64,000 bases of DNA, taken from NCBI GenBank assembly GCA_009914755.4, contig CP086569.2, positions 12,224,001 through 12,288,000 of the forward strand, written 5' to 3'. The position numbers were made by a program, and so were the translations under genes. The notes below the pieces were generated by a model, which saw only the letters and a list, made by a program, of their open reading frames with translations, was not told the origin of the DNA and did not search any database. Position 1 is the first letter of the stretch; each line of letters starts with the position of its first letter. This document shows positions 55,662 through 64,000 of the stretch, one piece after another. This DNA comes from the human T2T-CHM13v2.0 reference genome, Homo sapiens.

Positions 55662-58600
55662 GACTGGCGTGCAATGCAAACGAATGGAATGGAAACGAAT
55701 GGAATGGAATGGAAAGGAATGGAGTAGAATAAATACAATGGAATGGAATGGAATGGAGGCGAAAGGAAAAGAATGGATTGGAGTGTCACCGAATGGAAAG
55801 ATATGGAATGGAAAGGAATGGATACGAATGGAATGGAATAGAAAGGAACGTAAAGGTAAAGAATGGAATGGAATCGGATAGAATGGAATGCAATGTAATG
55901 GAGTCGAATGGAAAATAATCGAGTAGAATGATATCGAACGGAATGGAATTTAATAGAATGGAATGGAATGGAATGGACTCGAATGGAATGTACTCAAATG
56001 GATTAGAATAGAATGGAGTGGAAATAAACGTAGTGAACTCGAATGGAATGGACACTAATAGAATGGAAGAGAAAGGAATGGTATTGAATGGAATTTATTC
56101 GAATAGAATGGAATTCAACGGAATGCAACAGTGTGGCATGGAATCAAATGGAATGGAATCGAATGGCATGGACCCGAGTGGAATGGACTCACATAGAAGA
56201 GCCTCGAATGTAATGGATTACAATGTATTAGATTCGAAAGGACTGAAATCGAATGGAATGTAATCAAATAGAACGGAACTGAATGCGTGGAATGGCATAG
56301 AAAGTAATGCAATGGAATGGAATAGACTGGAAAGGAATGGAATCGGATGGAATGTAATGAAATGTAATGGAAGGAATGCCATGCAATGGAATGGAATGCA
56401 ATGCAATGGGACGGTGTATAATGGAGTGCAATGGATTTCAGTGGAATGTAGTCAAAAGGAATGAAATAGAATGGAATTCAATATAATGGAATGGCATCCA
56501 ATGGCAAGGGATGGAGCGGACTCCAATGGAAACATGAAAGGAATATAATATAATGGAATGGCATTGAACGAAATGGAATGCAATGGAGTTAAAAGGTAAA
56601 ATATCGAATGGAAAAGAATTGTATGGACTCGAATGGAATATAATGAAATGGAATGGACTCGAATGGAATGTACTAGAGTTGAATGGAATCGAAAGGAATT
56701 TAAAACAATGGAAAGGAAAGGAAGGGAATTGAAAGGAATGGAATAGAATGGAACGGAAACGGATGGAACGGAATTGAATGGAATGGAAACTAAAGGAATA
56801 GAGTAGAAAGGAATGCCATTGAATGGAATGGAATGGAATAAGATGGAATAGAATGGAATGGAATAGAATTGAATGGAAAGGCATCGAATGGATTGGAATG
56901 GAATGTAATGGAATGGAATGGAAAGGAATGGAATGGACTCGAAAGCAATGTACTGAAATGGAATAGAATAGAATGGAATGGAAGTAAATATAATGGACTC
57001 GAGTGGAATGAATTGGAATAAATTGGAATTGAATGTATTGGATTCGAATGGAAAGGAATGGAATGGAATGGAATGGAATGGAATGGAATGGAATGGAATG
57101 GAATGGAATGGATTCGAATGGAATGGAACGAATTGGAATGTAATTGAATGGAGTCGAAAACAGTAGAAAGAAAAGAAGTTTAATCGAATGATATAGAATG
57201 GAATTGAATGGAATGTACGCGAATGGAATGGACTGGAATGGAATGGAGTGACATGTAATGGAATCGAAAGGAATGGAATCGAATGAAATGGAATTGAATG
57301 GAATAGAAAGGAATAGAATGGAATGGAGTTTAATGGAAAGATATTAAAAGTAATGGAATGGAATTGAGTGGACACAAATGGAATGGACTGGAATGGAAAG
57401 GACTCGAATGAAATGGAGCGCATTAGAATGGACTCGAATGGAATGGACTGGAGTGGAATGGTCTCGAATGGATTGGAAACGAATGTAATGGAAAGGAATA
57501 TAATGGAATGTAATCAACTAGAAAGAAATGTAATGGAATGGGTTCAACTGGAACAGAATTGAATGGAGTGGAATTGAATGGAATGGAATACAATCGAATG
57601 GAATGCACACGAATGGAATAGAATGAAATGAAATGGCATAGAATGGAATGGAATGGAATGGAATGGAATGGAATGGAATGGAATGGAATGGCATGGAATG
57701 GAATGGAATGGTATGGAATGAAATGGATTGGAATGGGATGTTCCCAAAAGTAATGGACTCAAATAAAAGGGACTCAAATAGAATGAATTGGAAAGAAACG
57801 GTCTCGAATGTAATTTATTCGAATAGAATGATATTGAATGGAATGCAATAATATGGAATGGTATCGAATAGAATGGAATAGAATGGAAAGGAATGGAACG
57901 GTATGGAGTGCATTTGAACGGACTCCAATGCAATAAATTGCAATATAATTGATTCAAATGGAATGGAATCGAATAGAATGTAAACAAATGGAATGGAAGG
58001 CAATGCAATGGAAAGGAATCGAATGAAATGGAATAAATGGGATGGAATCAAATGGAAAGGACGCGAATATAATGGAATTTTAAGGAAAGGCCTCGAATCG
58101 AATTTATTCCAATAGAATGGAATCGAATGGAATGCAATACTATTGAATCGAATCAAATGGAATGGAATTGAATGGAATGGACAGGAATGGAATGAACTGG
58201 AAGTGAATGGACAAGAACGTAATATAGTGCAATGTAATTTATTCAAATGGAATGGAATGCAATCGAATGGAATGGACTCGATTGGAATGGACTGGAGTGG
58301 AATGGACTGAAATGGAATGGAAACGAATGTAATGGAATGGAACGGAAAGCAAAGGAATCTACTGTAATAGAATCAAACGGAACAGAAAGGAATGGAATGG
58401 AATGGAGTGGAATGGACTCGAATGGAATGTATTCGAATGTAATGGACCGGAAAGGAATGGAATCCAATGGAATGGAATTGAATGGAATCAAAAGGAATAG
58501 AAAGGAATAGAGTGTAATTGAATGATATCGAATGGAAGGGAATGGAATGAAGTCGAATGGAATGCACTGGAATGGAATGGACACGATCAGAACGGACTGG

Positions 58601-61221
58601 AGAGGAATGTACACAAATGGAATGGAAACGAATGGAATGGAATGAAAAGGAATGGAATGAATTGGAATTGAAAGGAACGGAATGAAATGGAATGGAATGG
58701 AATGGAATGGATTGGAATAGAATGGATTCAAATAAAATAGAATCGATTGGAATGGTATTGAATGGAAGGGACTTGAATGGAATGGAAAGCAATGGAAGAT
58801 ATTCGAATTGAATGGCATCGAATGAAATTGAATGGAACGCAATGGAACGGACCCGAATGGAATGGAATGGACTCAAATGTAATGGACTCGAATGGAATCG
58901 ACTGAAATATAATAGACTCGAATGGAATGGCCTTGAGCGGAATTTATTTGAATAGAATGGAATCAAATGGAATACAATAGTATTGAATGGAATAGAATGG
59001 AATGGGATCGAATGGAATGTAATCCAATGGAATGGAACGGAATTCAATATAATGGAGTAGAATGGAATGCATTGAAAAGCAGCAGAGTGGAATCGAGTGG
59101 AATGGAATCGAGTGGAATGGAATCAAAGGGAACGAAATCGAATTGAATGGACTTGAATGGAATTGACTCGAAAGGAATTGACTCGAAAGGAATGGACTGG
59201 AACAAAAAGGAATCAAATGGACAGGAATGGAATGGAATGGACTCGAATGGAATGGAGTCAAATGCAAACGCATCGAATGGAATGGATTCAAATGGAATGC
59301 AATTGAATGGAATAGAAAGGAAGAGAATGGAATTGAGAGTAATGGAAAGATATGGATTGGAATGTAATGGAATGGAAAGGAATTGAATGGAAAGGAATGG
59401 ACTCGAAAGAAATGGATTGGAATGGAATGGTCTCCAATGGAATGGACTGGAGTGGAATGGAATCGAATGGAATGAAAAGAATGGAACGGAATGGAACGGA
59501 AAGGAATAGAAAGTTATGGAATCCGATGGGACAGAATGGAATGGAATGGACTTTCATGAAATGGAGTCGAATAGAGTGGCATCAAAAGGAATGGAATGGA
59601 ATGGAGTGGACTCAAAAGGAATGGACTCAAAAGGAATGGAGTCGAACCAAATTGAATCAAATGGATTGGAGTCGAACAGAACGGAATGGAATGGAATGAA
59701 CTCGACTGGAGTAGAGAGGAATGTAAAGGAATAGAATGGAATGTAATCAAATGGATTGCAAGCGAATGGAATCAAAAATAATAGAAAGGAATGGAGTGTA
59801 AAGGGATGATATTGAATAAAATGGAATGGAATGGAATTTAATGGAATGGAGTCGAAGGAATGGACAGGAATGTAATGGACTCCAATGGAATGGAATGGAT
59901 GAAAATGGATTTGAACAGATTGGTATCGAACGGAATGGAATGCAGTGGAATGGAATGGACTCGAATGGAGAAGAGACAAATGGAATGGAAACGAATTCAA
60001 TGGAATTGAAAAGAATAGAATGGAATGGCGTGTAATGGTAAGATACTAAATGGAATGGAATTGAATGGAATGTAATGGAATGGAACCAAATGTAATGCAC
60101 TCAAATGGAATATACTCAAATAGAATGGAATCGAAAGGAAAGGTCTCCAATGGAATTTATTCAATACAATGGAATCAAAAGAAATGCAATAGAAAGAAAA
60201 GGAATCGAATGTAATGGAATCAAATAGTACGGACCAGAATGGAATGGAGTGCCATAGAAGGGACTGCAGTGTAATGGATTGAATTCTAATTCATTCAAAT
60301 GGAATGGAATTGAATGGAATGGAATCCAATGGAATGGATAGGATTGTACTGGAATGGAATAGCATGGAATGCAACGGAGTGGAATGGAGTTGAATGAAGT
60401 GGAATGGAATCGATTGGAATGGAATCAAATGGAATGGACGGGAATGGAATGGACTGGAAGAGAACAGACTCGAATATAATGGATTGCAATGTAATTGATT
60501 CAAATGGAATGGAATCGAATGGAATGTAATAAAATTGAAGGGATTGGAGTTCAATGCAATGGAATAGAATGGAATGCAAAGGAAAGGAAAGGCACGGAGT
60601 GAAATCGAGTGCAAGGGAATCGAATGGAATGAAATGGAATGGAATGGACTCAAAAGAAATGGACGAGGGACAAAACGAAATCGAACTGATTGGAATGGAA
60701 CGGAAGGGAATGGAATGGAATGGTCTCCATTGGATGGGAGTAGAACGGATTGGAATGGAATGGAATGAAATGGAATGGAAAGGAATAGAATGGAATGGAA
60801 TGGAATGGAAGGTAATGGAAAGATATCAAACGGTTTGGAAAGGAATGGACCCTAATGGAATGGAATGGAATTCAACAGAAACGAATGGAATGGACTGGAG
60901 TGAAATGGAGTCGAATGTAATTGAGTGGAGAGGAATGGACTCGAAAGCAATGGACTCGAATAGAATGGACTGGAATGGATTGTACTCGAATGGAGTGGAA
61001 AGGAATAAAATGGATTCCACCAGATTGGAATGGAACAGAATGTAATGGAATGGAATGGAATGCAATGGAATGGCTCGAATGCAATGGAAGAGAAAGGAAA
61101 GGAATTGAATGGTATTGAAAGTAATAGAATTAAATGGAGTGCAAAGGAATGATATCGAATGGAATGGATCGAAAAGAAATAGAATGGAATGGACAGGAAT
61201 GGAATGGAATAGAATGGAATA
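55662..61221 (+). repeat. HOR copy 11 (~5560 bp), subtype B
   Basis: Landmark at 55662; 'gggatgttccc' at ~57735; ORF landmarks match copies 9 and 10. Confidence 0.85.
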
Positions 61222-64000
61222 GACTGGCGTGCAATGCAAACGAATGGAATGGAAACGAATGGAATGGAATGGAAAGGAATGGAGTAGAATAAATACAATG
61301 GAATGGAATGGAATGGAGGCGAAAGGAAAAGAATGGATTGGAGTGTCACCGAATGGAAAGATATGGAATGGAAAGGAATGGATACGAATGGAATGGAATA
61401 GAAAGGAACGGAAAGGTAAAGAATGGAATGGAATCGGATAGAATGGAATGCAATGTAATGGAGTCGAATGGAAAATAATCGAGTAGAATGATATCGAACG
61501 GAATGGAATTTAATAGAATGGAATGGAATGGAATGGACTCGAATGGAATGTACTCAAATGGATTAGAATAGAATGGAGTGGAAATAAACGTAGTGAACTC
61601 GAATGGAATGGACACTAATGGAATGGAAGAGAAAGGAATGGTATTGAATGGAATTTATTCGAATAGAATGGAATTCAACGGAATGCAACAGTGTGGCATG
61701 GAATCAAATGGAATGGAATCGAATGGCATGGACCCGAGTGGAATGGACTCACATAGAAGAGCCTCGAATGTAATGGATTACAATGTATTAGATTCGAAAG
61801 GACTGAAATCGAATGGAATGTAATCAAATAGAACGGAACTGAATGCGTGGAATGGCATAGAAAGTAATGCAATGGAATGGAATAGACTGGAAAGGAATGG
61901 AATCGGATGGAATGTAATGAAATGTAATGGAAGGAATGCCATGCAATGGAATGGAATGCAATGCAATGGGACGGTGTATAATGGAGTGCAATGGATTTCA
62001 GTGGAATGTAGTCAAAAGGAATGAAATAGAATGGAATTCAATATAATGGAATGGCATCCAATGGCAAGGGATGGAGCGGACTCCAATGGAAACATGAAAG
62101 GAATATAATATAATGGAATGGCATTGAACGAAATGGAATGCAATGGAGTTAAAAGGTAAAATATCGAATGGAAAAGAATTGTATGGACTCGAATGGAATA
62201 TAATGAAATGGAATGGACTCGAATGGAATGTACTAGAGTTGAATGGAATCAAAAGGAATTTAAAACAATGGAAAGGAAAGGAAGGGAATTGAAAGGAACG
62301 GAATAGAATGGAACGGAATCGGATGGAACGGAATTGAATGGAATGGAAACTAAAGGAATAGAATAGAAAGGAATGCCATTGAATGGAATGGAATGGAATA
62401 AGATGGAACAGAATGGAATGGAATAGAATTGAATGGAATGGCATCGAATGGATTGGAATGGAATGTAATGGAATGGAATGGAAAGGAACGGAATGGACTC
62501 GAATGGAATGTACTGAAATGGAATAGAATAGAATGGAATGGAAGTAAATATAATGGACTCGAGTGGAATGGATTGGAATAAATTGGAATTGAATGTATTG
62601 GATTCGAATGGAAAGGAATGGAATGGAATGGAATGGAATGGAATGGAATGGAATGGAATGGAATGGATTCGAATGGAATGGAACGAATTGGAATGTAATT
62701 GAATGGAGTCGAAAACAGTAGAAAGAAAAGAAGTTTAATCGAATGATATAGAATGGAATTGAATGGAATGTACGCGAATGGAATGGACTGGAATGGAATG
62801 GAGTGACATGTAATGGAATCGAAAGGAATGGAATCGAATGAAATGGAATTGAATGGAATAGAAAGGAATAGAATGGAATGGAGTTTAATGGAAAGATATT
62901 AAAAGTAATGGAATGGAAATGAGTGGACACAAATGGAATGGACTGGAATGGAAAGGACTCGAATGAAATGGAGCGCATTAGAATGGACTCGAATGGAATG
63001 GATTGGAGTGGAATGGCCTCCAATGGATTGGAAACTAATGTAACGGAAAGGAATAGAATGGAATGTAATCAACTGGAAAGAAATGTAATGGAATGGGTTC
63101 AACTGGAACAGAATTGAATGGAGTGGAATTGAATGGAATGGAATGCAATCGAATGGAATGCACACGAATGGAATAGAATGAAATGAAATGGCATAGAATG
63201 GAATGGAATGGAATGAAATGGAATGGAATGGAATGGAATGGAATGGAATGGCATGGAATAGAATGGAATGGTATGGAATGAAATGGATTGGAATGGGATG
63301 TTCCCAAAAGTAATGGACTCAAATAAAAGGGACTCAAATAGAATGAATTGGAAAGAAACGGTCTCGAATGTAATTTATTCGAATAGAATGATATTGAATG
63401 GAATGCAATAATATGGAATGGTATCGAATAGAATGGAATAGAATGGAATGGAATGGAACGGTATGGAGTGCATTTGAACGGACGCCAATGCAATAAATTG
63501 CAATATAATTGATTCAAATGGAATGGAATCGAATAGAATGTAAACAAATGGAATGGAAGGCAATGCAATGGAAAGGAATCGAATGAAATGGAATAAATGG
63601 GATGGAATCGAATGGAAAGGACGCGAATGTAATGGACTGTTAAGGAAAGGCCTCGAATCGAATTTATTCCGATAGAATGGAATCGAATGGAATGCAATAC
63701 TATTGAATCGAATCAAATGGAATGGAATTGAATGGAATGGACAGGAATGGAATGAACTGGAAGTGAATGGACAAGAACGTAATATAGTGCAATGTAATTT
63801 ATTCAAATGGAATGGAATACAATCGAATGGAATGCACTCGATTGGAATGGACTGGAGTGGAATGGACTGAAATGGAATGGAAACGAATGTAATGGAATGG
63901 AACGGAAAGCAAAGGAATCTACTGTAATAGAAACGAACGGAACACAAAGGAATGGAATGGAATGGAGTGGAATGGACTCGAATGGAATGTATTCGAATGC
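61222..64000 (+). repeat. HOR copy 12 (partial, first ~2.8 kb), subtype B
   Basis: Landmark at 61222; 'gggatgttccc' at ~63295; the window ends inside the copy. Confidence 0.85.

Larger units (their letters stand above)
1..64000 (+). repeat. Tandem satellite array of (GGAAT)n with diverged pentamers; human classical satellite III (HSat3)-like pericentromeric satellite, purine-rich strand on +
   Basis: Seen directly: the window is almost entirely 'aatgg' units and single-substitution variants (aatcg, aacgg, aattg, aaagg), with CCCGAGT-containing landmarks ('ggacccgagtggaatgg', e.g. 691-707). C is nearly absent from the + strand. No stretch of non-satellite sequence is visible. Established knowledge: (GGAAT)n with these variants defines HSat3; HSat2 is more diverged. 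Confidence 0.93.

Noticed and set aside
1-64000. A novel prokaryotic defence or mobile-element system
   Set aside because: There are no operon-like ORFs, no non-repetitive sequence and no RBS or promoter context. The sequence is eukaryotic pericentromeric satellite.
1-64000. CRISPR array (regular direct repeats)
   Set aside because: The repeats are head-to-tail with no unique spacers. The periodicities are 5 bp and ~5.55 kb, not 28-37 bp repeats alternating with spacers.
1-64000. Assignment to HSat2
   Set aside because: HSat2 arrays are more diverged, with few long perfect GGAAT runs. This window has many perfect (GGAAT)8-13 tracts and the CCCGAGT-containing motif typical of HSat3.
1-64000. 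Assignment to a specific chromosome (e.g. the Yq12 DYZ1 array)
   Set aside because: From memory, DYZ1 has a ~3.6-kb HOR, not ~5.55 kb. Without a database search I cannot place this array, so I leave the chromosome unassigned.

Overview
The whole 64 kb window is one uninterrupted tandem satellite array built from the pentamer GGAAT/ATTCC (visible as 'aatggaatgg' runs) and its diverged derivatives (AATCG, AACGG, AATTG, AAAGG, ...). This is the signature of primate, most likely human, classical satellite III (HSat3); I favour HSat3 over HSat2 because long stretches of the pentamer are pure and the window carries the 'GGACCCGAGTGGAATGG' landmark. The + strand is the purine-rich (GGAAT)n strand and has very little C.

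The array is organised as a higher-order repeat (HOR) of about 5.55 kb (copy lengths 5524 to 5580 bp). It is present as 11 complete copies plus a 130-bp tail at the 5' end and a 2.8-kb partial copy at the 3' end. Copies are near-identical but fall into a spatial gradient of three subtypes:
- A1: copies 1-3.
- A2: copies 4-7, carrying derived 15-bp deletions.
- B: copies 8-12, which have lost the once-per-HOR GGGCCC site and gained a 10-bp insertion at the HOR junction.

An abrupt A2-to-B switch lies at about 36.96-37.26 kb inside copy 7.

I find no protein-coding genes, RNA genes, transposon insertions, CRISPR arrays or prokaryote-style gene systems. All ORFs in the supplied track are artefacts of a repeat that has no stop codon in any frame (MEWNG... 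on the + strand, IPFHS... on the - strand). The genuinely interesting content is the satellite architecture itself: the HOR structure, the subtype breakpoints, the slippage-prone pure (GGAAT)n tracts and the recurrent AT-rich diverged motifs. It is not a novel gene system.
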